Assembly (NCBI GenBank): GCA_963796685.1 | Contig: CAWCMR010000025.1 | Coordinates: 608,001-672,000 of the forward strand | Length of the DNA: 64,000 nucleotides | From: an uncultured delta proteobacterium | GTDB taxonomy: Bacteria; Myxococcota_A; Polyangia; Fen-1088 | Direction of reading: 5' to 3' | Part shown: positions 28,640-40,494 of the stretch, piece after piece | How positions within the stretch are numbered: position 1 is the stretch's first letter | Layout: each line of letters begins with the position of its first letter | Notes under the pieces: generated by a model | What the model saw: the letters and a program-made list of their open reading frames with translations, nothing else | Databases searched by the model: none | Told to the model about the DNA's origin: nothing | Translations under genes and position numbers: made by a program

Positions 28640-29275
28640 GTGATCGCCAAGCCGGTGCCAAACCGCCCGCCCACGGGCGCGAACGCAACCACGATCCTGG
28701 AGGCGTGGCTGCCCGAGGTCTTTTCCTCGGCAGGCAAGGCCATGGAAGGCACCTCGCCTCGCCTTCGTCTTTCCTTGTCCGGTCCGGAGGGCGGCGAATG
28801 GGATCTGCAGATCGCGGATGGAGTCTTCCTCGCCGCACGCTACACGCGGACCATCGGTCCCCGTCGCAACGATCCCGACGTGTGGATTCGCCAGCCCGCC
28901 ACCGATTTTCTGGCCGTGATCTTCCCCAGCGAGGATCTTTTCGAGCTCATGCCGGCAACCGTCGACGTGGTCGACTTGCTTCGCCCGGACTCGCAGGAAA
29001 TGGAGCTGCTGGAAAAGCTCGATGGTCGCATCAAGTTCGAGCTGGAAGGCCGGCGGCGACGCCGCTGGTCCGTCGACGCAGCCTTCGGCCGAGCGGGCAT
29101 GCTGGCGGGCCGACCGCGCACCACCGTGAACATCGACGCCGGCACCTGCGAGAAGCTGGCCGCGCGTACGCTCAACCCGCTGCAGGCCCTGCTCGCCGGC
29201 CGCCTGCGCGTCGACGGCGACAAGACCTTCGCCATGCAAGTGCTCATGCTGCTAGCGATGCGAATCGGCGGCTGA
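28640..29275 (+). CDS. SCP2 sterol-binding-like domain protein
   Basis: 'LSG.EGGEW.L' and 'LNPLQA.L.GRLRV.GD..FAM'. Directly follows rnr. Confidence 0.65.
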   Translation: MIAKPVPNRPPTGANATTILEAWLPEVFSSAGKAMEGTSPRLRLSLSGPEGGEWDLQIADGVFLAARYTRTIGPRRNDPDVWIRQPATDFLAVIFPSEDLFELMPATVDVVDLLRPDSQEMELLEKLDGRIKFELEGRRRRRWSVDAAFGRAGMLAGRPRTTVNIDAGTCEKLAARTLNPLQALLAGRLRVDGDKTFAMQVLMLLAMRIGG

Positions 29276-29593
29276 GAGCCGACCCGTCGCCCGCGACCCC
29301 GATCCAAGGCCCGAGAGCCAGACGCCAGGATCCTCACGAGCACAACAGCGTGAAATGCTGTGGAACCGACCGGCCCAATTGAAGATGATCCATCTGAAGG
29401 ACAAGAAATTCCCGGGTAATCCGACAAAGTCACACTGCTCCCGCGATCCGCTCCTTGTCACCGGCGAAATCTTCGATTGGCCGAAACCTACCGCTGCCTG
29501 ATTCAGACGGACGGTCTTGGCGGAGATCTGGCCCTCGGTCAGGGACTTAAGGTTACGCGTCATTCTGCCGATGTCTGGACCGGGAACCCCTCG

Positions 29594-30655
29594 ATGAAAA
29601 CGCCATTTCGCCAGGAACGGTTTCGACCCTTCCTGGCAAGACAAGCCCATGCGTCTCTCCTTCTCCTGATGGTCACGTTTGCATCGTCGTGTTCTTTCGA
29701 CGCGAGCAAGCTGCGCGCTTCACCGACGCGGGTGCTGGATGGGGCCATCAATCGTTGGGCTGGTGCGGATGGCGTACAGGCCGGCACCGGGGGAACAATG
29801 GAGGTCGGGCAGGTCGACTCTGGCCAGGAGGATCCGTCGCTTCCTGCCGCTGGAACCGATGCGGCTCTTGAAGACGGCCCGGATAGCAGCGGCCCGCACC
29901 TCGATGTCGCGCCGGGTGGGGCCATCGATCCTTCGGCTGATGCCGGTGCGGTAGAAGCCGCCAACGGCGAACCAATGGAGGTCGGGCAGACCGATTCCAG
30001 TGCGGTGGATCAGTCGCCTCCTACCACCGGAGTTGATGCGGCTGTGGGCCAGGCCAGTCAGGACGGCAGCGGCGCGCAACCTGACACCTCCCTCGATTGG
30101 GCCTCCGACGATACGGCCGGTGGGACGGATCAGGCTCCGCCCTCCGCCGGGGCTGACGCGGCTGCGGGCCCGGACAGCAGTGACGTGAATCCTGACACGA
30201 GCACCGGCGCCGGGATCATCCCCGATGGCACCTACCGCGTGACTGCGCGTCACAGCGGCAAGGTCCTTGATGTCTACAATGCCGTCACAGGGGACGGCAC
30301 CAACGTCGATCAGTGGTCGTATAACGGGGGCAATAACCAGCTCTGGACGTTCACGCACCTCGGTGGGAACGTGTACAAGATTCTTGGTGTCCAGAGCCGC
30401 AAGGCGCTCGAGGTGGCCACCGCCTCTACAACAGACGGCACCAACGTCGACATTCGGACGTACACTGGAGCTGCAAATCAGCAGTGGACGATCAGCTCTC
30501 TCACCGGCGGCAACTTTCGATTGTCGCCGGTAAGCAACAGCGGCTCGGCACTCGATGTTGTCGGCGCTTCGACTGCGGACAGTGCCAATGCCTGTCAATA
30601 TGCCTGGTTGGGCGGCAACAATTACAACCAGCAGTGGAGCATCCAGCCGCCCTAG
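29594..30655 (+). CDS. Putative lipoprotein with acidic linker and C-terminal ricin-B (CBM13-like) lectin domain
   Basis: 'HSGKVLDV', 'NQLW', 'NQQW', 'NQQW' QxW repeats. Start is uncertain. Confidence 0.82.
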   Translation: MKTPFRQERFRPFLARQAHASLLLLMVTFASSCSFDASKLRASPTRVLDGAINRWAGADGVQAGTGGTMEVGQVDSGQEDPSLPAAGTDAALEDGPDSSGPHLDVAPGGAIDPSADAGAVEAANGEPMEVGQTDSSAVDQSPPTTGVDAAVGQASQDGSGAQPDTSLDWASDDTAGGTDQAPPSAGADAAAGPDSSDVNPDTSTGAGIIPDGTYRVTARHSGKVLDVYNAVTGDGTNVDQWSYNGGNNQLWTFTHLGGNVYKILGVQSRKALEVATASTTDGTNVDIRTYTGAANQQWTISSLTGGNFRLSPVSNSGSALDVVGASTADSANACQYAWLGGNNYNQQWSIQPP

Positions 30656-30738
30656 CAGTCCGTGGTTCCAATGAGAACGATAACGGGCGGGTCGTTGACC
30701 TGCTTGCGCCTGGTCGCCGAGCTGCCACAATAGTCAGG

Positions 30739-31488
30739 GTGTTCATCGCTTCGCACAAGCCGGGTTCTGCGTTGGGTGTATTGTGTTTTCTCTCTTCGAC
30801 CCTGGTAGGATGCCAGCACGGCAATGGTCCAAACGCCCCGACCCAAGTCCCGGCACCGACCCCGGCGGGCAATCCCGCCATCGATTTCGATTCTCGCGTG
30901 CATGACTTCGGCACCGTGAACGAGGGCACGGCGCTCAGGTATGTGTTCACGGTGAAGAACACCGGGACCTCGCCGCTGGGGCTGACCGGCGTCATCACTT
31001 CCTGCGGTTGCACCGCGGCCACCCTTGGGGTCCACGAGATTTCTCCGGGAGGAAGCGGACCGATCGAATTGAAATTCGATACGCACGGATTCCAAGGGAT
31101 TGGCAGCAAGACCATCTCGGTCTCCTCCAACGACCCACAGAATCCGACATCAACCTTGGTGATCAGGTACGACGTCGAACGCTTGCTCGGGCTCGATAGG
31201 GTGTTCGTTCGTTTGGATACGAAGCGTGGGGCCGACGCCATCGAGAAGGTTTGGCTGACAGGCAAGCTCGCGGAACAGGCCAGGCCGCGTGTTGCCAAGA
31301 TCGAGGGCGGCGACAAGCAAGTGATGGTGGAAACCATCGAAGCCCGTCACGATGGCAAGATCAGAAGAGGGCTGGAGATCAAGCTCAAAGGAAGAAGGCC
31401 GGTTCCCGGCAATGGCAACATCACGATAGCAACCGGCATCCCAGACCCTGCCCAGTTGGTTGTTGGGTTCGATGTTGCGGCGAATTAG
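30739..31488 (+). CDS. DUF1573-domain lipoprotein
   Basis: Lipobox LVGC, 'HDFG', 'F.VKNTG..PL....V.TSCGCT', 'K.I.V.SNDP'. Confidence 0.82.
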   Translation: MFIASHKPGSALGVLCFLSSTLVGCQHGNGPNAPTQVPAPTPAGNPAIDFDSRVHDFGTVNEGTALRYVFTVKNTGTSPLGLTGVITSCGCTAATLGVHEISPGGSGPIELKFDTHGFQGIGSKTISVSSNDPQNPTSTLVIRYDVERLLGLDRVFVRLDTKRGADAIEKVWLTGKLAEQARPRVAKIEGGDKQVMVETIEARHDGKIRRGLEIKLKGRRPVPGNGNITIATGIPDPAQLVVGFDVAAN

Positions 31489-31559
31489 CCACCGCACGGC
31501 AGTCGCACCAATAACGCAACGGGACCACTCACGCCGAGCTGCTCACACTACCGGCATCC

Positions 31560-31790
31560 CTACGGCGCTTTGTCGCCCGGCTTGGCGGATTCCTTCTTTT
31601 CCGCCTGAGCTGCGCTATCCGTATCGGGCTTCTTGGCTGTGGCCACGATTTCGTTCGCGCCTCCTATGGCGCGTTTGAAGCTCCCGATGGCGCGCCCAAG
31701 ACCGTCGCCCAAGGCAGGCAGCTTGCTGGCCCCAAATACGAGCATGACCACCACAACAATCAGGATGATTTCGCCGGTGCCGAGTCCCAT
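31560..31790 (-). CDS. tatA: Twin-arginine translocase TatA/E subunit
   Basis: 'G.GE....LVFGA.KLP.LG..LG.AI..FK'. RBS AGGAG. Confidence 0.93.
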   Translation of the reverse strand: MGLGTGEIILIVVVVMLVFGASKLPALGDGLGRAIGSFKRAIGGANEIVATAKKPDTDSAAQAEKKESAKPGDKAP

Positions 31791-31808
31791 GGATCGCTCC
31801 TAAACGGT

Positions 31809-31837
31809 CAATACCACCCAATACCACCCAATACCAT
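31809..31837. repeat. Tandem repeat (CAATACCACC)x~3
   Basis: 10-bp units about 20 bp upstream of the tatA start. Confidence 0.9.
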
Positions 31838-32040
31838 CACAGGCAACCCGAAAGCCAGGGACTCGAGATCCAGGCACAGGACCGCACAAAAGTGCCTTCG
31901 TCGTGCTGTTGATGAAATGCGAGCTGGATCCAGCATCGCACATCTCTACCCAAGACCGCCCGAATATGCTCCAAATGGTGATTGTGATCCGCGATCTGCA
32001 TTTGATACCAATTATTACTCACTATTGTCGCGAGGATGCC

Positions 32041-33767
32041 ATGCGGAATAGATCACGGAAGACCTCAGCTGTTGCCGGAAGCAAGTCGCCTGACCAGGGA
32101 GCCGACGCCATCGCCGAATCGCGCCGAGGCTTCCTGATGCTGGGTGGTGCCGCAGTGGTCGCGGGCCTCGTCGATGCTTGCACGAGCACAACCACGGCTG
32201 GTTCCGGCAGCGGAGGACGTCCCGGAGCGGGCGGAGCTGCCGCAGGAGGGACCGGGTCCGGCGGTGCAACCGGAAATGGGGGCACCTCTGGAAATGGGGG
32301 CATCTATGGAAGCGGCGGCGCGTCCGCAAGCGGAGGCGCGTCTGGATCGGGTGGCAAGCCAGGATCGGGTGGTGCACCGGATCCGGAGGGACCTCCGCGA
32401 ATGGCGGCTCGTCCGGAAACGGCGGTTCATCCGCAAGTGGTGGCGCACCTGGATCAGGCGGAAAACCTGGAAGTGGCGGCGCCCCAGGCGGCGGCGGCGC
32501 ACCTGGAACAGGTGGCAAGCCGGGATCCGGCGGCGCATCCGGAAGCGGTGGATCCGGTGTGGGTGGAAGTGGCGGCCCGGATGGCGGCGGGGGTGGAACA
32601 GCGAAGTGGCCCGCCGAGGATACCAGCGCGGGCGTCTGCACCGTCGGCACCGTTCCCTCCGTGAACAATGCCAAGCTCCCCGATCCGTTCATGCTCTTCA
32701 GTGGGAAGAGGATCTCCACGAAGGAAGAGTGGACGTGCCTACGGGCCGAGCTCAGCGCCGCGTTGCAGAAGGGCGTCTACGGGCCGAAGATGCCTCCGCC
32801 CGATACCCTGACCGCTACCTACAGCGGTGGCAAGATGACCGTCACCATGAAGGTCGGCAGCACCTCGGCCAACTTCAGCGTGACAATCACCGGCGGAGGC
32901 AGCCAGGCTAGCCCGGTGCCTTGCCTCATTACCTGCGGCGGCTCGTCTCTGCCCAAGCTTTCTGGCGTGGCGCAAATCGACATGTCGAACAACAGCTTTG
33001 CCAGCGAGACGGACCTGAGCGGCATCGTCAAGAACCTGTATGGGAGCGCCTGCACCAAGAGCGGCGCCTTGATTGGTTGGGCGTGGGGATGTAGCCGCAT
33101 CATCGACGGGCTTGAGCTGTGCCCCGAAGCCGGGATCGACACGAAACGCCTCGCCGTCACGGGCTGCTCACGAAACGGCAAGGGCGCTCTCGCCATGGGT
33201 GCGTTCGACGAGCGCGTCGCGCTCACGCTCATGCAAGAGGGTGGCTCCGGTGGCAGCGCGCTGTGGCGCGTCTCCTCGAAGGAGAAGAGCTTGGGTGAGA
33301 ATATCCAAGAGTGCGGAGAAATCACCGGTGAGGCCAAGTGGCAGGGCAGCGATTTCAAGAGCTACTGCAGCACGACGTGCGCCACCTTGCCGTGCGATCA
33401 GCACTTCGCCGTTGCGCTCTGCGCCCCACGCGCGGTGCTGCTCATCGAGAACGACATCGACTGGCTGGGGCCCGTCGCGAGCTACGGCGGAGGCATCGCC
33501 GGGAGGGCGATTTTCGAGGGTCTTGGAATCAAGGACCGCTGTGGCGTGACCCTCAGGGGCAATCACTCCCACTGCGCGTTCCCGTCGAACCAGCAGGCCG
33601 ATCTCGATTGCTTCGTGAACCGATTCCTGAAGGGGCAAAACGTCACCACCAGCGTGGACGCGTTCCAGGCGACGAACACCAAGCTGGGCTCGTTCAAACC
33701 CGCCGATTGGATCGACTGGACCACCCCGACCTTGACCGGCAATCTCCCGTTCGACCCGTTCGCTTAG
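32041..33767 (+). CDS. CE15 glucuronoyl esterase, Tat-exported lipoprotein with Gly-rich linker; apparent frameshift ~32379
   Basis: Tat motif SRRGFL and a Cys after the hydrophobic region. CE15 motifs 'LPDPF', 'WAWG.SR.ID', catalytic 'GCSRNGKG', 'QEGGSGG', 'DQH', 'HSHC.FP'. The Gly-linker switches frame near 32379. Confidence 0.85.
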
Positions 33768-33795
33768 GGCCGCGCGGAAACGGCCGCTCAGGCGG

Positions 33796-35391
<1,596 letters not shown>

Positions 35392-35454
35392 GGGGCTAAC
35401 CTGCATGCGGCCAACCTAGTTGTGGGCTGCACGTGGAGGTATCATACTCCGCCC

Positions 35455-36282
35455 ATGTTCCGCATTCTTCCTATCCTACTTGTCTTCGCAACATCGGTTT
35501 CCACGACGGTGGTTTCGTCGCCGGCATGGGCCGGCGGAAAGAAGAAGTCCGCCGGCGCGGCCAGCCTCGGCGAAAAGCAGCCCGATGCCGTCGACATAGG
35601 CGAGGCCAAGAAGGATCTGGTCGTGCTTTCCGACGGCAAGCAGCACTTCATCGTGGTGATCCCGTTCGGCGACTTCTACACCCACTTCTACTACGGTGAC
35701 GGCAAGCGCTTCTATGCGCAGCGGGTGACCGGCGGCGGCGCCAACGGCAAGGAATCGTGGGACCGGGTCTTCTGGGAGCCGCGGGTCGTCGAGCGCTGGA
35801 AGGCCGGCATCACCTTCGCCAAGGACCAGTACAAGGTGCAGTGTGGAGACCGGGCCACCGAGTTTTCGCCCGTCGACGGCGACCAGCGCGCCAAGATCCT
35901 CGACTCCGCGTCGTTTTTCAAGCCGCTGTGGCTGCACCAACCCTACTCGCTTTCGCGCGACAACAAGGGCAACTACTACTTCGTGGATCGGCTGCGCGAG
36001 CCCGAGAACAACAAGAGCTTCCGCCTCTACGCCGGGACACGCGGCAATCTCAAGTTGCTCCGAATGACCAACGTGGTCAGCGATTCCCAGGGCGACATCT
36101 TCACCACCAAGAAGGGCGAGCTGCGTCTGGTTCTCGACCGCAAGAAGTCGAGCTGGTTTCAGGGCAAGGCCGAGACCGACCTCATCAACCTGCCGCTCGA
36201 TGACAACCGGGTCATGATCTACACCGACCTCGGCGTCTATGCCGGCCAGCGCCTGGGCACGCCCTGCGACGATCTGCTGTGA
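35455..36282 (+). CDS. Secreted hypothetical protein
   Basis: Signal peptide ending AWA, strong GC3 codon bias, stop overlaps the trpB start. Confidence 0.75.
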   Translation: MFRILPILLVFATSVSTTVVSSPAWAGGKKKSAGAASLGEKQPDAVDIGEAKKDLVVLSDGKQHFIVVIPFGDFYTHFYYGDGKRFYAQRVTGGGANGKESWDRVFWEPRVVERWKAGITFAKDQYKVQCGDRATEFSPVDGDQRAKILDSASFFKPLWLHQPYSLSRDNKGNYYFVDRLREPENNKSFRLYAGTRGNLKLLRMTNVVSDSQGDIFTTKKGELRLVLDRKKSSWFQGKAETDLINLPLDDNRVMIYTDLGVYAGQRLGTPCDDLL

Positions 36283-37532
36283 TGTCCACATCCCTTTCTC
36301 CCGATAAAGCACGCGGCTACTTCGGCGATTTCGGCGGCGCCTACCTGCCCGAGATCCTGGTGGCGACCTTCCGCGACCTCGAGGCCGCCTTCGCCCAGGC
36401 GCAGGCCGACCCGGCGTTCTGGCGCGAATACGAAACTCTCATGGGCGAATACTCGTGCCGGCCGACGCCGCTCACCTTCGCCGAGAATCTGACCCGCCAC
36501 TTCGGTGGGGCGAAGATCTTCGTCAAGCGCGAGGATCTCAACCACACCGGCGCGCACAAGGCCAACAACGTGATGGGGCAAGGCTTGCTCGTGCGCCGCA
36601 TGGGCAAGCAGCGCGTGATCGCGGAGACCGGCGCCGGCCAGCACGGCGTGGCCACCGCGACCATGGCGGCGAAGTTCGGTTTCGACTGCACCGTCTACAT
36701 GGGCGAGGTCGACGTCGAACGCCAGCGCCCCAACGTGTTCTGGATGGAGCGCCTCGGGGCCGAGGTGGTGGCGGTGAAGGACGGCGCGCGCACGCTCAAG
36801 GACGCCATCAACGAGGCCTTCCGCGACTGGGCCGCCAACATGGACACCACCCACTACGTGCTCGGTACGGCGTGCGGACCGCACCCGTTCCCCACCATGG
36901 TAGCGTACTTTCAATCGATCATCGGCAAGGAGCTGCGCGGCCAGGTCTTGCGGCGCGCGGGCCGGCTGCCGCGACGGATCTACGCCTGCGTAGGTGGCGG
37001 CTCGAACGCGCTCGGCGTGTTCGGCGCTTTTCTCGACGATCCTGCGGTCGAGCTCGTGGGCGTCGAAGCCGGCGGCCGCGGTCTCGAGACCCACCAGCAC
37101 GCCGCGCGCTTGGCTTCGAAGGACGCAAGCGTGGGCGTTGCCCAAGGCTACCGCACCTATTTCCTGCAAAATCCCGATGGGCAAATGCTCGACACGCACT
37201 CCGTCGCCGCGGGCCTGGACTACATCGGCGTGTCGCCCATCCTGGCCCACCTGCGCGACACGGGGCGCGTGCGCTTCGAGGCCGCCACGGACAAGGAGGT
37301 GGTCGAGGCCCTGGCCCTCACCGTGCGCAGCGAGGGTCTCATTCCCGCCCTCGAATCGGCGCACGCCTTCGTGCAGGCCTTCAAAGAGGCACCTACGCTC
37401 GGGGCCGACGACGTCATCGTGATCAACCAATCCGGACGCGGTGACAAGGACATCTTCACCGTGGCCGAGGCCTTCGGCGACCCGGCCTGGGAAGATTTCA
37501 TTTGCCGCAAGGCCAACAAGTACACACGCTAA
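36282..37532 (+). CDS. trpB: Tryptophan synthase beta chain
   Basis: 'KREDLNHTGAHK.NN', 'AETGAGQHG', 'VGGGSNA', 'GLDY.GV.P', 'PALESAHA', 'SGRGDKD'. Confidence 0.97.
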   Translation: MSTSLSPDKARGYFGDFGGAYLPEILVATFRDLEAAFAQAQADPAFWREYETLMGEYSCRPTPLTFAENLTRHFGGAKIFVKREDLNHTGAHKANNVMGQGLLVRRMGKQRVIAETGAGQHGVATATMAAKFGFDCTVYMGEVDVERQRPNVFWMERLGAEVVAVKDGARTLKDAINEAFRDWAANMDTTHYVLGTACGPHPFPTMVAYFQSIIGKELRGQVLRRAGRLPRRIYACVGGGSNALGVFGAFLDDPAVELVGVEAGGRGLETHQHAARLASKDASVGVAQGYRTYFLQNPDGQMLDTHSVAAGLDYIGVSPILAHLRDTGRVRFEAATDKEVVEALALTVRSEGLIPALESAHAFVQAFKEAPTLGADDVIVINQSGRGDKDIFTVAEAFGDPAWEDFICRKANKYTR

Positions 37533-37537
37533 ACACC

Positions 37538-38305
37538 ATGCTCGAAGCCCGAATCCGCGACGCACGCGCCAAGAAAGAGGTCCTGCTCATGACCCACATC
37601 GTGGTGGGTTATCCGAGCTTCGAGGCCTCGCTGCAAATCGTGGACGCCATGGTGGAGGCGGGCGTGGATCTGATGGAGCTGCAGATCCCCTTTTCCGAGC
37701 CCATGGCCGACGGCCCGGTCATCCTGGCCGCCAACCAGAAAGCGCTGGCCCAGGGCTCGACCGTCGAGCGCTGCTTCGACTTCGCCGCCAGGGTCACCCG
37801 TCGCCACGGCATTCCGTTTCTCTTCATGAGCTACTACAACGTGCTCTTCCACGCCGGCGTCGCCGGCTTCGTCGACCGAATGAAGGCCGCCGGGCTTGGT
37901 GGAGCCATCGTGCCCGACCTGCCGCCCGAGGAGGCGGGCACGTACTTGCCCGCCATGGAGCGCGCGGGGCTCGACCCCGTCTTCATCTACTCGCCCAGCA
38001 CCAGCGACGAGCGCATGCGCCTCATTGGCGACCAGGGCCGCGGCTTCATCTACTGCGTGGCCCGCAAAGGCGTGACCGGCGTGCACACCACGTTTTCCGC
38101 CGAGCTCGACGCCTACCTCGCGCGCTGTCGGGCCGCCACCCGGTTGCCCTTGGCCGTCGGCTTCGGCGTGCAAGCCGCATCCGACGTAGACTTCCTGCGC
38201 GGCAAGGTCGACATCGCTGTGGTGGGCTCGGCCACCCTGCGCCTGATCGACGAAAAGGGCGTCGCCGCCGTGGGCGACTTCATCCGCGGGCTGCGTCGGG
38301 GCTGA
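37538..38305 (+). CDS. trpA: Tryptophan synthase alpha chain
   Basis: 'ELQIPFSEPMADGPVI', 'IVPDLPPEE', 'GVTG', 'VGFG', 'VVGSA'. Confidence 0.95.
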   Translation: MLEARIRDARAKKEVLLMTHIVVGYPSFEASLQIVDAMVEAGVDLMELQIPFSEPMADGPVILAANQKALAQGSTVERCFDFAARVTRRHGIPFLFMSYYNVLFHAGVAGFVDRMKAAGLGGAIVPDLPPEEAGTYLPAMERAGLDPVFIYSPSTSDERMRLIGDQGRGFIYCVARKGVTGVHTTFSAELDAYLARCRAATRLPLAVGFGVQAASDVDFLRGKVDIAVVGSATLRLIDEKGVAAVGDFIRGLRRG

Positions 38306-38353
38306 TCGGAAATGGCAAGGCGCCACAGCGAGATGGTGCACGAAGGAGGCACC

Positions 38354-39292
38354 ATGCCCCGATCCATCGTCTTCGCCGGTTGGTTCGCGTTCACCCTGGG
38401 TTGCGGCGGCGGCAGCGACAGCGGCGCGCGGGACGGAGGGGGGAGCGGGTTCGGCAACGTTGCCATGCTGAGTGGCGATCCGGTCGGCCTGGGGTTGGAT
38501 TCGAGCGACAAGCTCACCCGCGTGATTCCCGCCGCCATCGGCGGTTCGGACGTCACCGGCACGGCGGCCGTCCTTGGCCGGTGGAGTGCCACGTCGACCT
38601 CGACCATGTTCATTGCGCTGGTCACCAACCGCGGCAGCCGCCGCCAGTGCTTCATCCAGACCAGCACCTACGAGCTGCTCGACTCCACCGGCGCCACCCT
38701 CGGCACGAACCCGGAGATGTTCGTCACCGGCTCGGTGGGCAAGCTCAAGGACGGGAGCATGTACACCGCGACCTGCCTCGACGTGGGGGAAGCCGGCTAC
38801 CTACTCGATCTCCCCGTGACCCCGGACTTCGGGGCGGTTGCGGGTGCGCGCATTACGCTGACCACCTCGACCAGCGACTGGGTGGCGCCGGAGACCGCCA
38901 TCATCCCAGTTTCCTACGCCGCCTCCGCGCGCAAGCAGGAATACACGGTCACCGTCGCCAACCGGGGCGCCGTGACCGGCACGGTGAACATGGGCACCGC
39001 CATCTTCTTCGACGACACCGACACCCCCGCCTTCTGGGATTTCCTCTCCCCCGGCACCGACATCAACGTCGTCCCCTACGACCTCGCCCCGGGCCTCACC
39101 CACCCACTGATCTCCATGGGGAGCAGCAACGTCTGGACCGGCAACTCGACCAGGCAACTGGTGCTGGTCGACTTCAACGTCCCTTCAACCGTGAAAGCCC
39201 TGACCCTGTCCCCGGATCCCGACGCCGAATCCGCCGCCGCCGAGGAGCGTTGGCGCGAAGAATTGGCGACGAAGCTCGCTGCCCGCAGATAG
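38354..39292 (+). CDS. Hypothetical lipoprotein
   Basis: RBS AGGAGG, lipobox TLGC, beta-rich body. Confidence 0.7.
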   Translation: MPRSIVFAGWFAFTLGCGGGSDSGARDGGGSGFGNVAMLSGDPVGLGLDSSDKLTRVIPAAIGGSDVTGTAAVLGRWSATSTSTMFIALVTNRGSRRQCFIQTSTYELLDSTGATLGTNPEMFVTGSVGKLKDGSMYTATCLDVGEAGYLLDLPVTPDFGAVAGARITLTTSTSDWVAPETAIIPVSYAASARKQEYTVTVANRGAVTGTVNMGTAIFFDDTDTPAFWDFLSPGTDINVVPYDLAPGLTHPLISMGSSNVWTGNSTRQLVLVDFNVPSTVKALTLSPDPDAESAAAEERWREELATKLAARR

Positions 39293-39391
39293 CCCACGGA
39301 CACGGGCAGCGCGAGAAGCTGCTCTCGAAGAAGACGGCGAGGCGCCCGAGATCCCGGCGACTGGTGCGGAACTCCGTGGTAGCACGTCGGC

Positions 39392-39877
39392 ATGGCCCAT
39401 CGGATCAGAAATGCGCGCGAGGAGGACCTGGCCACGGTCGGCCAGCTGGCCGGGCAGCTGGTGCGCATGCACCACGCCTGGGATCGCCAGCGCTGGATGA
39501 TGCCCGACGGGGTCGAAGAGGGCTATGCCCGATTCTTCGCCAGCCAACTCGACGATCCCGACACGGTCATTCTGGCCGCCGAGAACCGCCTTGGCGAAGT
39601 CGTCGGCTATGCCTACGCTGCCCTCGAGCCGCGCAGTTGGGCCGACCTGCGCGAGGCATGCGGCAAGCTGCACGACGTGTTTGTGGCCACCCCTGCGCGC
39701 CGCCAGGGCATTGGCGGGGCGCTGGCCCGCGAAGCCATGGCGCGCCTGCGCGACCTAGGCGCGCCGCGCGTGGTACTGACCTCGGCCTGGCAGAACCACG
39801 AAGCGCACGCTCTCTTCCACGCGCTCGGCTTTCGCGAAACCATGATCGAGATGGCCAAGGAGCTGTCAGGGAATTGA
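39392..39877 (+). CDS. GNAT-family N-acetyltransferase
   Basis: 'V.....RRQGIG..L' and 'N..A..L...LGF'. Confidence 0.9.
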   Translation: MAHRIRNAREEDLATVGQLAGQLVRMHHAWDRQRWMMPDGVEEGYARFFASQLDDPDTVILAAENRLGEVVGYAYAALEPRSWADLREACGKLHDVFVATPARRQGIGGALAREAMARLRDLGAPRVVLTSAWQNHEAHALFHALGFRETMIEMAKELSGN

Positions 39878-39899
39878 GGGAAGGGCTGGCGGCGGGCGT

Positions 39900-40088
39900 T
39901 CAGCGTTTCTCGGCCTGGTGGCGCAGCACGGTCTTGAGCTTTTCGGGCGCGCTCCGGCGCGGATCGCCGAGATAGATTTCGTGGTGCTGGTTGGCAAGCA
40001 AATATCCGTGGTCCTGTGCGAAGGCCTGCATGCGCTCCACGGTCGCCTGCTCGGCACTGTAGGGGCCGATGTCACTTGCCGCGCGCAC
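39900..40088 (-). pseudogene. C-terminal remnant of a GyrI-like small-molecule-binding protein
   Basis: 'IGPY..E..T', 'HHEIYLGDPRR.APEKLKTVLR'. The N-terminal two-thirds is absent. Confidence 0.7.
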
Positions 40089-40494
40089 CCCAGAATGTGT
40101 CTGGATCGATCCTTCGTCAACCAGCCGCTGGGGCGAAGGGAAGAACCTTTGGCACCCACCGACTACTGGCGCCGACTACCGCCGCATCGAGCCGTCGCGT
40201 CGCGCTGTAGAAGCCATTGCCGGCGAGCGGCATCGCCGGTAACCCTGCCTTTCCAAGTGCCATATCTCCCTGAATTCCTGTGAGCATTTCGGCGATCACG
40301 TTCCGAAAAGCGCGGGGTTGGCTGGGATTCGCAGACTGGGTCCCGCACCGCCAGTGTCACCGCCGCAACGTTCGGTTTCGCTCTCACGGATCGAGTTCTT
40401 CCGACAGCCAACGCTGGGAATGGTATATTCGCCTGCTACTGGGCCTGCCAAGAATCGGCCATGTTCGGTTTACCTGTTGTTCGAAGGAGCGCTC

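Noticed and set aside
31979-31998. GATTGTGATC as a third copy of the 20-bp palindrome or a CRP site
   Set aside because: Only a 10-bp half match, with no second half-site and no sigma54 box found.
36282-38305. trpBA apart from other trp genes
   Set aside because: Split trp operons are common, and the proteins look ordinary.
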